DNA of 64,000 nucleotides, from contig OZ024746.1 of assembly GCA_964016885.1 (NCBI GenBank), positions 77,748,001 through 77,812,000 on the forward strand. The letters run 5' to 3'. Position 1 is the stretch's first letter; every line of letters begins with the position of its first letter. The stretch is from Eledone cirrhosa. Taxonomy: Eukaryota. Shown here piece after piece: positions 12,241 through 25,884 of this stretch. The position numbers were made by a program, and so were the translations under genes. A model generated the notes under the pieces. It did no database searches, was not told the DNA's origin, and worked only from the letters and a program-made list of their open reading frames with translations.

Positions 12241-12555
12241 ATTAAAAGAAGGGGAAATATTAAGATGTCATGTTAGAAGAGGAAGAAAAAAAAATACATA
12301 ACTTTAACAACAACGATAACAAGGATGTTTATGTTGTTGTTGTTGTGGTTGTTGTTGTTTTCGTTTTTCTTTTTTGAGAAAATATAAAAATTCTTAAAAA
12401 GCATATTTACTTAATTTCCTTGTATATATATTTATGCCCTTCACTTTAACATTATCTGTTCAGAGCAAACATATTAATTGACATAGAGATGAAGAGAAAA
12501 ATGTAATGTAAAAGGAAAGTGTGGGGAGGAGGGGGGGGGGGGATGTTGAAACTAA

Positions 12556-12745
12556 CCATCATCAGCAGCAGCAGCAGCTCCATCATCATTATCATCTTCC
12601 ATTATCATCATCATCATCATCATCATCATCATTATCATTGTCATCATTATCAACATTATCATTATCATCGTCATCATTATCATCATCATCATTATCATCG
12701 TCATCATTATCATCATGATCATTGCCATCATCATCATCATCACCG

Positions 12746-12783
<38 letters not shown>

Positions 12784-12910
12784 GTCATCATTATCATCTT
12801 CCATTATCATCATCATCGTCATCATCATCATCATCATTATCATTATCATTATCATCATCATCATCATTATCATTATCATCATCATTAGCATCATCATCGT
12901 CCATTATCAT
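12556..12910. repeat. (CAT)n imperfect microsatellite
   Basis: Direct inspection. Confidence 0.9.
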
Positions 12911-13095
12911 TTTCGTCTTCATTGCTATTATTCGTGTTTGTGCTTAAATCTCGGTGGGAAAAAAAAAGGGGGGGGGGGAATCTTTTTTTTTTCTTTTTTT
13001 TTTTTTAAAGATTTGTTGTTGTTGTTACTGTTTGCTCAGCTTCTGCTCTATGTGTGTGTGTGGACACACTCGCATTCATGCGCACCCACTCCCAG

Positions 13096-13127
<32 letters not shown>

Positions 13128-13154
13128 TTTGTGTGTGTGTGTATATCTGGAAGA

Positions 13155-13194
<40 letters not shown>

Positions 13195-13671
13195 ATATAC
13201 ATCAGGGTATATATATATACCCTCGTGTATATTATGTGTATGTATGTGTATATGTTTAAACGTATGTGTTTATATATATGCGTGTGTGTATACACACACA
13301 CACAGACGTATACATACATATTAATAGGATTGGCTAAATTAACCATATTCCATTTTATTTTCCATTTTATCTCCTTTATTCTTTCCTTTTCCAATATAAT
13401 TTCTTTGAAAAACAACAAAAAACAAATAATTTTTTTAAAAAGCTGTTTGTGTTTGTAAATTCTTTATCTTTATTCAAAGCATGCTCAATCACTCTTTGCT
13501 TTTGTTTTATTATTTTTATTATCTCCCTTTCCTCCTCCTCATATTCTTTCTTGTGTCTTGTGTATAATCTTCTCGTGCTATATATATATATATATATATA
13601 TACATACATGTTTATATATGTATATATATATACATACATGTTTATATATGTATATATATATATACATACAT

Positions 13672-13706
<35 letters not shown>

Positions 13707-13829
13707 CATTTATGTTTGTGTTTTGTTTTCATTGTTGTTTCCGTTAATAGAATAACTGAACCTCTTTTCTTTCTTTGTCCCCACCCCCTCCCTCAAATTC
13801 TCTCATATCTAGTATATCATGTCTTCATG

Positions 13830-13869
<40 letters not shown>

Positions 13870-13946
13870 AGTATGTGTGTATATATATATATTTACATAT
13901 TTATACTTTCGCACACACACTATATATATATATACACACACACACA

Positions 13947-13993
<47 letters not shown>

Positions 13994-15341
13994 TATATAT
14001 GTATATAATAAGTGGGTGAAGAAGATGTGTGTGTGTTTTCATTTTTGTTTTCCGCTAATAGAATAACTAAACTTCTTTCCTTTCTGTGAACCATGGCTAA
14101 TGAAATATTTGCTGCTGCCACTAATGTGTATTGTAAATTTTAAATGGCTTTTGGGTTCACTGATTTTAAAGTCAGTGTTGGGAAGGGTCACCACCGTTTT
14201 GTTCTTTATTCTTCAATTTTTTGAAAAATTTTTTTATCAGAATATAACAGAAAAGGGATATTTTAAAATTAATTTGTCTATCTCATTAAAAAAATAACGA
14301 TGATGACGATAATTGTGATAATAATAATAATGATGATAATATTATTGAGGTGATGGTGGTGGTGCCACGATGATAATGGTGGTGTTGGTGCCATGATGAT
14401 GGTAATGATGATGAGGATTTGTTTTGTTGGCCTCAAGGGTGCAAGAGGTTTGGGACATTACAAGGATGGAAAACAAGGCAACACCAAATTGTTTACATGG
14501 AGTAAATGGAGAGCAAAATTGACAACATGGAAACAATAAATATACAATAGAACAATAAATAGTAATAAAAACAGTACAAAAAAAGCAAACAACAAAAATT
14601 GTAAAATCAATAACAATAATAATAATGATGATGGTGGTGGTGATGATGATACTTTCTAATTTTGGGTTAAGTTATATTGATCCAATACTTGATTGGTATT
14701 TTATTTTATCGATCTCGAAAGGATGAAAGGCAAAGTTGGCCTCATCGGGATTTGAACTCGGGAGGTAAAGAGTCAGAACTAAATACTGCAAGGCATTTTA
14801 TCCGGTGCTGTTATGATGCTTCCAATCCTCATCCTAATGATAATAACAATAATAATGATAATGATTTCTACTATAGGCACAAGGATAGCAATTTGGAGGG
14901 AACAGGAAAAATCAATTAAATCCATGTGCAGGATCAGATTTAGACCTGGGGGTCTCAGGGCAATTTGGGTTTGGTGGGCTCCTCATATAACAACACACAC
15001 ACACACACCAAGCACCATCTTTGATATACATATAAATATATATGCACCATATTGCCAACTGGTGTCACTAAAGTAAAGAAATGATGATTAATTAGCACAA
15101 ATGTGTCGTCAATTACATTTTTAAAGATATACTCTCTAAAAGATAAAATAATATTTATGATCTGGGCTCCATTCTTAAAAGGTAGCAGGACTTCTGCTTG
15201 AAGTGGGAGCCCTGTTCAAAGAAGGGGTCCTGTTCAGGCAGAGGGTGGGTGATGGTAGGGGGCAGTTATTTCTCTCCACCCCAATATATTCACCCTTGTC
15301 CATTTGTTATGTGAAAAACAATATTAAAAGCAATAACAGTA

Positions 15342-15610
15342 TATCATCGTCATCATACATCCGCTTTTCCCTGCTTGCAAGGGTAGGACAGGTCCTATTC
15401 AGCACAGCATCGCACAGCATCGCTCCACTTGTCACGGTCCTTCGTCATCTCCTCCGTGAGCTTCAGCGATCTGAGATCAGTTCTCAACACCTCCGCCCAT
15501 GTTTTTCGTGGTCTTCCTCTACTGCGTCTCGCTTCTACTGGCATTTCTTGGCACTTCTTTTCCCAGCGGTCATTCTCCATGCGCATCACATGTCCATACC
15601 ATATAAGGTG
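15342..15610 (-). mobile_element. RTE LINE 3' end
   Basis: LIWYGHVMRMENDRWEKKC..RRSRGRPRKTWAEVLRTDL..MTKDRDKW, followed by 3' UTR CCTACCCTTGCAAGCAGGGAAAAGCGGATGTA(TGA)n. Confidence 0.85.
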
Positions 15611-15714
15611 GGAAAATATATTTGAAGATTTTCAAATGAAATTTGAATATTCATTGATTGATTGATCAGAAAATCTACAAGCTGTCTACGTGTACTTATG
15701 TAAAATTATGTCAG

Positions 15715-16140
15715 AAACATAAACACACTCGCACATATACACACATAAACATGCACACACATCTACACACACTCACATCTACACACATAAACACAACCAC
15801 ACATGTACATACATACACACACTCACACATCTACACACATAAACACACTCACACATCTACATACATACACACACTCACACATCTACACACATACACACAC
15901 ATCTACACCCATAAACACACTCGCACATCTACACACATAAACACACTCACATCTACACACATAAACGCAATCACATATACATACATACACACACTCACAC
16001 ATCTACACACATAAACACACTCACACATCTACATACATACACACATTCATACATCTACACATATAAGCACACTCACACATCTACACACACACATAAACAC
16101 ATTCACACATCTACACACATCTACATGCACACAAAGAAAC
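15715..16140. repeat. Compound CA-rich tandem repeat (CACACATCTACACACATAAA-type units)
   Basis: Direct inspection. Confidence 0.8.
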
Positions 16141-16434
16141 TCATATATACACACACTGACTCACACAAACACAAAGAAATGCATACACATGTGTATGTAC
16201 ATACAAACATGTTTGTTTTCCTGTATGTTTGCATTTGAGTTTCTCTGTGTGTGTGTATGTGTATGTGTGTTTTGTTTGTGTTCCTGTCTCTGTCTCTGTG
16301 TTTGTGTTTCTGTCTGTCTGTATGTATGTGTGTTTGTGTTTCTGCCTGTATGTGTCATATCACTGTAAGCTATGTAGCTACATTATGTGTCTACACATTG
16401 AACATAACCAATTCACATTAGTATAGTCAATATT

Positions 16435-16474
<40 letters not shown>

Positions 16475-16508
16475 CATCATCATCATCACCGTTTTACGTC
16501 CGTTCTTC

Positions 16509-16549
<41 letters not shown>

Positions 16550-16945
16550 CTAGTAACATCTGCAGCACTTAAAAGGTCTTACAGCTATCCTGCTATTGGA
16601 ATAACTTCAACAAAACAAACATGTTTGTTTTGTTATCACCGCTAACTCTTCATTGATGGACTAACAACATTACAGAGGTTTGGGGGTGTAAACTAGAAAT
16701 AGGTTCCGTAATGTACAGCATATGTATGTTGTTCTTCTGATATCAAGTATGGAGGATATTCACCTCTGCATAGTATGTCCTTCATCACTGTTGTCACCAT
16801 GGGTCTGATTTATTTGTCATCAGAACCATCACCATCGTCGTCATCATCATCATTATTATCACCATTGCCATCATCATTATTATTATAGCCATCAACATAA
16901 CTACCACCATCATCATAACCATCACCACCGTCATGATCACCGTCC

Positions 16946-16985
<40 letters not shown>

Positions 16986-18452
16986 GACCACCTCCATTAT
17001 CATCATGACTCACCACCACCATTATCATGACACCACCATCACCTCTTTACAGAGTGTACTAGGTGTATTTTATTATGGCACCACCACTATCTGGGTCCTT
17101 TTTCCCGTGACACCAACACTGCCACTTTACAAAGTGTGCAGAATACATGTTATGTCATCAGCATTATCATTTTACTGGCTTTACTAGGTGCATTTTATCA
17201 TGGCACCAGCTCCACAACTTTACAAAGTGTACTAGTCTTATCATGGTGCCAGCATCACCATTAAATATATACATGTATGTGTATGTATGGTATACACATA
17301 CAATATGTGTATACCATATTTCTAATGAAAAACAAAGCCTATGATTTTCAAATAATTTTTTAAATAATCAAGAATTCAGGAATGTATATAACATTCACTT
17401 TTTTAAGCTGGTGATTGGAACTTAACAGTTTTTACATAAAATTATGATTAAAGGTTTTTAGATAAATGCAAACACTTGAAATTAAACTGTTTTCTATCAT
17501 AGAATAAAAAGATGTTTCTGGTGGTTTGGTATTCACTGAGTTAAAAATACATCTTGTTCCTTCAGAAGACATATCCAACAGTCTAATGATTCTGCCATAA
17601 ACAGTACCGTATCAGAGAACCATGGGCAATTTCGAGTGGGTTGTGTATCAAAAAGGTTAAAACACCCAAGAAATGTCCTATAAGATACAGCCTTACAAGA
17701 GATCAGCTAAACTTGCTAGGTGTGAGCTATAACAACAACAACAGCAGCAACATATATATTTAAATGCTATTCAGTGAATGAATCAATTGGTTTTGCTGGT
17801 GAAGATTTTGATTGATACTTTAGATGTTAACACTGTTCTTGGAAATAGAATTGGAAATGTGGCACAGAGAATGGTTTTCTGCAATTACAGGCATGATTGA
17901 TTTGGTTCTTTGTAACCTATTTGACAAGATGGTCTGTCTGTCAGTGGTACGGTAGCACCAAGCAGATTAGAATTCTTGGTGGGGCCTGCAAGAAACTCTC
18001 AGAACATTTATCCATCTTAGCATGAATACTAACTAATATGATGAATACAGAGGAAGGGAAAGTAGGTTTTGAGAAAAATGACAGCAAGGTTAACAGAAAT
18101 CTGTGTCCTTGGCAAAAATTTAGGTGAATGAAGAATGAAAAATGTCATTGTAGATTAGAGACAGTGAATGTTACTAATGTTTGTTAGCAGTTGGTGGTGG
18201 TGCAAGGGATGACATTGTATGATAAGATCTGTGGGGGTATGTAAAGGATGGTAGATTTTGAAGATGGGGATAATCTGATGGAATTCCTAAATAAAGTGTC
18301 TGTGTTGACCCCTTAAGGACCAGAAGGAAGGGGAAATACATAACAGGTGGAAACTGTAACAGATATGTTTGGAGATTGTGTCTTATGTAATCCAAGTTGA
18401 AATTTTCTTTTCACTTTAGACCAGTGGTCCCCAAAAATATTTTGTCGTGGAA

Positions 18453-18795
18453 TCATTTCATTTTCATTTCATTTTACGTCCGCTTTTTCCCTGCTTGCAA
18501 GGGTGAGACAGGAACTGATTCTGGCTTGATTTCTACAGCTGGATGCCCTTCCTAACACCAACCTCATTTACAGTGAGTGCTGGGTGCTTTTTTGCCGTGG
18601 CACCGGCACGACCACTTTGCAGTGGAATGATAGGGACCCCAGTCCCTATCATCTCATTTCTACAGCTGAGTAAACTGGAGCAATGTGAAATAAAGTGTAT
18701 TGCTCAAGGAAACAACACATCACCCGGTCTGAGAATTGAACTCACAACCTTTCGATTGCAAGGCCAATGCTCTAACCACTAAGCCATGTGCGTCC
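18453..18795 (-). mobile_element. SINE family A, full length
   Basis: Reverse complement of 3260-3602 at high identity. Confidence 0.9.
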
Positions 18796-19081
18796 ATATA
18801 TATCCTAATATGATTTTCCAAAAATCAGAGTAACCAAACCTCTGACTCAAGATTTCAGAGCCTATGACATGGCATATTAACCCCTACCAAACACATACAC
18901 ACAAACTATATAAATTATCTAAGCATGGGGTGATTTAAAATTTGAAAATGTGGGCATCCTGAACGTAGAAAATAACTGTAGCAACAGTCAATCAGTCCAC
19001 AATTCCAAATTTTCTAAGCTATTATTTATAGTGATTGACTGATTTTAATGTTGTTTTCTGCACTTGGGATTCACATGTTTT

Positions 19082-19121
<40 letters not shown>

Positions 19122-19210
19122 ACACAAGCTATAATAATGGAGTAAAACCATAAAAACACACCCAACAGATACGTTTTTTATATATACATCTATCTTACAT
19201 CCAGTACTGC

Positions 19211-19261
<51 letters not shown>

Positions 19262-19262
<1 letters not shown>

Positions 19263-19680
19263 CTTTCTGATTTAGGCACAAGCCCCAAAATTTTGGGGAT
19301 TAAATTGACTCCAGTTTGTTACTGGTACTTTATTGTATTGACCCTGTAAGGATGAAAGGCAAGGCTAACCTCAGAGGGATATGAACTGAGACGGTAAAGG
19401 GATGTAACTATATGCCACAAAGCATGCCCGACATTTAACTGATACGGCCTAAATCAGAAACCATTATCAGAAAGATTGGAAGCGCAGTGGATTGGCAGAA
19501 TCACTAGGATGTTGGACCACATGCTTAGCAACATTTGTTCCAGCTCTTTACATTTTGAGTTCAAATCCCACTGAAGTCAACTTTACCTTTCAACCTTCTA
19601 AAGTTAATAAAACAAAATACCAGTAACGCACTGGGATTGACTGAAATTGCTGGCCTTGTGTTTGAATTAGAAATCACCAT
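19262..19680. mobile_element. Two diverged SINE family C copies in opposite orientations
   Basis: GGATGAAAGGCAAGG core on the minus strand (19262-19430) and CTTTACCTTTCAACCTTC core on the plus strand (19485-19680). Confidence 0.6.
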
Positions 19681-20248
19681 TGTTTAGCCCTTCACCCTCT
19701 CCACCCGAACTCACACACCCACACTTCTAGGAAATCAGTTCACTTGTAAACAGCATATGTCGCCATGATGACCAAAATTAATCTATAAAGTATCAATAAA
19801 GTATCAATAATAAAGAGGTTTGTAATTAATCTGATAAGCAAGCTGGGCTGTGTTGTGCTTCAGCATAAATGGAGATTGGACTTAGGATTAGTCACAGATC
19901 AGATCAGTTTCCCAAGATGGTGCTGTAAGTGGTGGTGTTTGTAAATATAGGCTGGTGGTCTTGACAGTGGTGGTAGTGGTAGTGGTGGTGGTAGTGGTGG
20001 TGGCAGTGGATGTGTGGGTAGTAGTAGTAGTAGTAGTAATAGTGGTCATTATGACGGTGATGTTTGTGATCATGATGACTGCAGTGGTGGTGGGGTGTGA
20101 TGATGATGAAATACACATGAAGATTCATATATGTATGTGTATACGCACACACATATATATATAATAAATAAGAGAGACTGAGGAGATTATTCGTACATCT
20201 CTCTCTCTCTCTCTCTCTTTATATATATATATGTATATATATGTGTGT

Positions 20249-20583
20249 ATCATCATCATCATTTTACGTCCGCTTTTCCCTGCTTGCAAGGGTGGGACGG
20301 GAACTGATTCTGGCTTGATTTCTACAGCTGGATGCCCTTCCTAACACCAACCTCATTTACAGTGAGTACTGGGTACTTTTTTGCCATGGCACCTCCACGA
20401 CCACTTTGCAGTGGAATGATATAGACCCCAGTCCTATTATCTCATTTCTACAGCTGAGTAAACTGGAGCAATGTGAAATAAAGTGTCTTGCTCAAGGAAA
20501 CAACACATCACCCGGTCTGAGAATTGAACTCACAACCTTTCGATTGCAAAGCCAATGCTTTAACCACTAAGTCATGTGCCTCC
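20249..20583 (-). mobile_element. SINE family A, full length
   Basis: Reverse complement of 3260-3602 at high identity. Confidence 0.9.
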
Positions 20584-20586
20584 ATG

Positions 20587-20652
<66 letters not shown>

Positions 20653-20676
20653 TACACATACATATATATACACACA

Positions 20677-20755
20677 CAAGAGTGTCCCCCAAAAATGTAT
20701 GCACACTCTTGAACAGGATTCTAATACAAGTGTGTATATACATTTTGGGGACACC

Positions 20756-20758
<3 letters not shown>
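20677..20758. mobile_element. Tc1/mariner-type MITE, third copy
   Basis: GTGTCCCCCAAAAATGTAT ... ATACATTTTGGGGACAC inverted termini inside a TA tract. Confidence 0.6.
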
Positions 20759-20822
<64 letters not shown>

Positions 20823-21292
20823 GAAAAATGATGAAATGATATATATATATATATATATAAAGTGATACATATATATATATATATATATCACTTTCTCGTT
20901 TTCCAATCACCAAGTATAATATATAGCCATTTTGACATCAAATGTTTTCCAGCAAATGTAATATACACCTTGTGGTTATTATTTGTTGTTTGTCATTGTC
21001 GTTATTGAGGTAGGTTTTTTTTTCTTCTTCTGTTGGACACAGCATGATGCCATTTGTGCTGATGCAATGTGTGTATGTATATATATATATGTGTGTGTAT
21101 GTGTGTAGATGTATATGTATATACATATATGCACACATATATATATATATATATAATATATGCTTTTTTGTGTTTGTTTTGTTTTACATATACACGCACG
21201 CACGTGTATATATGTATATGTGTGGGTATATATATATATGTATATATATATATGTGTATGTATATGTATGTGTATATATATGTATATGTATA

Positions 21293-21339
<47 letters not shown>

Positions 21340-21396
21340 GCATATGTATGTGTATATGTATGTGTGTGTGTATATATATGTGTGTGTATGTATGTA

Positions 21397-21460
<64 letters not shown>

Positions 21461-21520
21461 CAGTTTTTTCCGTTGTGTTGTAATATATATATATCTATAT
21501 ATATATATACATATATATAT

Positions 21521-22134
21521 GGTGGCTGCCAACTCGTTTTCGAGTACGGCCACTACTTTATATCCATGTAGGAGAACTCCTACTGATGCGCTAAACAAGT
21601 GTGACCCTTTAGTCCAGCCAGCGACTTGAAAACTCTGGTACAAACACTACACTTGTGACAATTATTGACACATAGTGCTGGGCCCATGGTACCATGTGAT
21701 GACAAGTGCAGAGAGATCTCCAGATATAAAGCAATGCCTGTGCTGTGAAGCTTTTATAGTGAGGAAAGGCACTGCACAAAGCCAGTCCCACTCTCTTAAC
21801 CAAGATGATATTTACCAAAAAGAAGAACAAGTCAACATCATTGGATACCATCAGGGTTGCAGGTGTTATATCAGAGTTTTCCTTCTCCTAGAATTCTGCC
21901 TTGACAAAGGCTAAGGGGTCATCTCTCCCGGTGATTTTGGATGGCCATTGACTCTTAAGAGCTCCTTTGCCCTTTGACAGGTTTTGTTTTTAGTCCTGCA
22001 GGATGTCCAAAGTCATCCTCCTCACCAAGAAACCTTGGTGGGGTTGCCAGTTTAGTCGCCAACGACCCGACCATGAGACAGGTTGTACTGGGATACATGT
22101 TACCAGTAGCACCAACTGGTGACCTGACCTGACC
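21521..22134 (-). mobile_element. Non-coding retroelement with RTE-like 5' UTR motifs and a 3' stem-loop
   Basis: The minus strand carries GGCGACTAAACTGGCAACCCC and CTAGGAGAAGGAAAACTCTGAT (RTE 5' UTR-like). It ends in the stem-loop GTGGC..ACTCG-AAAA-CGAGT..GCCAC directly before (AT)n. Confidence 0.5.
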
Positions 22135-22233
<99 letters not shown>

Positions 22234-22377
22234 ATATACACATATATACACACAAGAAGATGGACGTTAAACGAAGATGATGATGAGAAAATAACAGACA
22301 CACAGGCAGAAGGTATGACTGTGTGTGTGTGTGTGTATATATATGTATATATATATATATAATATATATATATACAC

Positions 22378-22412
<35 letters not shown>

Positions 22413-22770
22413 TATATATATATATGTATCGCTACATCTTGAACAGTATGGAGCAACCACAGCATTATTTACAGTATGGAACATCATCTGTGACTATATA
22501 GAAGGACAGTGGAAGCCACCAAATGTCTTACCATTCTCTCCTAAACATGAGCTGCTGGGGAGGAGGATGTAGGCAGCGCCTCACCCATGATGGAGTTATA
22601 GGGGTGCTATTCTGACATACCTTGGGCGCTCTAAACCTGGTTGGGCCCAACTATTGCTGGTTTCGAGAGAGAGAGCGAGAGAGGGAATCCCAGTACAGGA
22701 TGAGGACTTTATTTATTAACCCTTGAAAGGATGAAAGGCAAAGTTGACCTCAGTCGGATTTGCGCGCAGG

Positions 22771-22920
<150 letters not shown>

Positions 22921-23024
22921 CATACCTTCTGCCTGTGTGTCTGTCATTTTCTCATCATCATCTTCGTTTAACGTCCATCTTCCACGCTTGTGTGTATATA
23001 TGTATATATAGGTATATATATATG

Positions 23025-23085
<61 letters not shown>

Positions 23086-23159
23086 GTATGGAAATATAAT
23101 AAATGTACGTGTGTGCCTATGAGTGTATTTGTATATATATATATATATATGTGTATATA

Positions 23160-23208
<49 letters not shown>

Positions 23209-23269
23209 GTGTGTGTGTGTATATATATATATGTATATATGTGTGTGTGTGTGTGTATATATATATATG

Positions 23270-23394
<125 letters not shown>

Positions 23395-23419
23395 GTGTGT
23401 ATATATATATATATGTGTG

Positions 23420-23464
<45 letters not shown>

Positions 23465-23490
23465 GTGTATCTGTGTGTGTGTACATATAT

Positions 23491-23650
<160 letters not shown>

Positions 23651-23912
23651 GCACACACATACATATATCACCCATCCACCCATAGTGAAAGCTATTACAG
23701 ATTACAGTTGATTTCGAATTCACATAAGAACCAGATGGTTTCTAATTCCAATTTCAATACCACCCACTTGGTTAAATAAGTCAATCACTTAGTTGGTGGT
23801 AGTAGTTGTGATGTCCATTTATGGAAAGCTTTTCACCTTCATATTGCCTCCTCTTTCTACTTAGTTGATTAATTTGGTGTTACAAATTGACTTGGACTTT
23901 GTTTTGTCTGTA

Positions 23913-23961
<49 letters not shown>

Positions 23962-23969
23962 ATGTATGT

Positions 23970-24011
<42 letters not shown>

Positions 24012-24014
<3 letters not shown>

Positions 24015-24192
24015 TTTTAATATAGATGAGATTCTTTAGAAATCATCAGGAATCCCCGGAGATTCCTGATGATTTCTAAAGAATGAAACAGTTCTAGTCC
24101 TGTAGAATCTCATCTATATTAAAACTTTTATACTCTGCAATGTATTGAGTACCTTACTTACTGTGGTTACCTCCGATTCAACCCGGAATAAC

Positions 24193-24193
<1 letters not shown>
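24012..24193. mobile_element. Penelope-like inverted pseudo-LTR remnant in (TA)n
   Basis: Left arm 24012-24054 is the reverse complement of the right copy 24061-24127 minus an internal deletion. The right copy has an extra ~66-nt tail and contains a hammerhead. Confidence 0.7.
24059..24111 (+). ncRNA. Type I hammerhead ribozyme
   Basis: GAGATTC-CTGATGA-T(TTC TAAA GAA)T-GAA-ACAG ttctagtc CTGT-A-GAATCTC: 7-bp stem I, conserved core, 4-bp stem III and a GUA cleavage triplet. Confidence 0.75.
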
Positions 24194-24253
<60 letters not shown>

Positions 24254-24257
<4 letters not shown>

Positions 24258-24812
24258 AAAGAATAGAGGTGTAACACACAAGTTATTATATATTGGTAAA
24301 CGGAATAGAAAATGCTGACAAATTGTTCACAGTTGAAAAATGGTTTAATTAGGAATAAAAGAGTATTAGTGATTGTATGGGTTAGTATTCAGTTGTGGTT
24401 TTAAGTTTTTAAGTTTTTACCGGTTGCGTATTTCTAAATGCTTTTCAAAAATAATTTTGAGATAGAGTGTCCGTGCTGTTTGCTCTGATCTGATTAGTTT
24501 TGGGAATTCTACCTGTGTTTATGTTAAAAAAGTGGCTCTAGCGTTATTTTTGTGTTGCAAAAATAACGCTGGAGCCACTTTTTTAACATAAACACAGGTA
24601 GAATTCCCAAAACTTATCAGATCAGAGCAAACAGCACGGACACTCTATCTCAAAATTATTTTTGAAAAGCATTTAGAAATACGCAACCGGTAAAAACTTA
24701 AAAACTTAAAACCACAACTGAATACTAACCCATACAATCACTAATACTCTTTTATTCCTAATTAAACCATTTTCAACTGTGAACAATTTGTCAACATTTT
24801 CTATTCCGTTTA

Positions 24813-24822
<10 letters not shown>
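24254..24822. mobile_element. Near-perfect 266-bp-arm palindrome; probable inverted Penelope-like pseudo-LTR pair
   Basis: 24287-24552 is the reverse complement of 24558-24822 with only a few differences and a 5-nt spacer. The left copy has an extra 34-nt tail, and (TA)n flanks both sides. Confidence 0.7.
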
Positions 24823-24871
<49 letters not shown>

Positions 24872-24877
<6 letters not shown>

Positions 24878-24922
24878 ATACTTTGGGAGGGTCATGTTGC
24901 CAATAACAAATTCAGAAACGAA

Positions 24923-24924
<2 letters not shown>
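24872..24924. mobile_element. 53-bp miniature of the Penelope-like element at 34941-35819 (termini only)
   Basis: ATTGTTATACTTTGGGAGGGTCATGTTGCCAATAA is identical to 35001-35035; AACAAATTCAGAAACGAAAT is the reverse complement of 34941-34960. Confidence 0.85.
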
Positions 24925-24953
<29 letters not shown>

Positions 24954-24964
24954 CATACATACGT

Positions 24965-25312
24965 GGAGGCACATGGCTTAGTGGTTAGAGCACTGGGTTT
25001 GCAATCGAAAGGTTGTGAGTTCAATTCTCAGACCGGGTGATGTGTTGTTTCCTTGAGCAAGACACTTTATTTCACATTGCTCCAGTTTACTCAGCTGTAG
25101 AAATGAGATGATAGGGAAGATGATAGGGACTGGGGTCCCTATCATTCCACTGCAAAGTGGTCGTGGAGGTGCCACGGCAAAAAAGCACCCAGCACTCACT
25201 GTAAATGAGGTTGGTGTTAGGAAGGGCATCCAGCTGTAGAAATCAAGCCAGTATCAGTTCCCGTCCCACCCTTGCAAGCAGGGAAAAGCCGACGTAAAAT
25301 GATGATGATGAT
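24965..25312 (+). mobile_element. SINE family A, full length, with a 12-bp internal duplication
   Basis: High identity to 3260-3602; AGATGATAGGGA is duplicated at 25106-25129. Confidence 0.9.
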
Positions 25313-25357
<45 letters not shown>

Positions 25358-25364
25358 TATATAT

Positions 25365-25515
25365 ATCATCATCATTTAACGTCCATCTTCCACGCTTGCA
25401 TGGGTTTGGACGGGAGTTTTCCCACTTGAGGCAAGAGTGGTTGTCTTGCTCGCATAGGACTGTCTGGCGGGTTTTCTGCGGCTGGATGTCCTTCCTAACA
25501 CCAACCACGTTTACA
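25365..25515 (-). mobile_element. SINE-like family B, 3' fragment
   Basis: Reverse complement of 1135-1285. Confidence 0.8.
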
Positions 25516-25755
25516 ACCACGTGTATATATATATATATATATATATATTCACATAATATATAAGATCAAAAGATGGTTAAAGGAGTTCCATATATTTTAT
25601 TATGCGCATTTCAAAAACAAACATCATCAAGCAATAATATTTGTGTTTTCATCAGATAAAACAGGAGAACATGATATGAAGGCTAAAAAACACTTGTGGA
25701 TAGTGCAGTTTTAAATCAACATATCATTTAGGTATATTCACATATATATATATAT

Positions 25756-25829
<74 letters not shown>

Positions 25830-25835
25830 CTATAT

Positions 25836-25881
<46 letters not shown>

Positions 25882-25884
<3 letters not shown>

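Noticed and set aside
20859-20894. AAAGTGATA...(TA)n...TATCACTTT hairpin
   Set aside because: Only about 7 non-TA bases pair, too short to assign to the inverted-insertion class.
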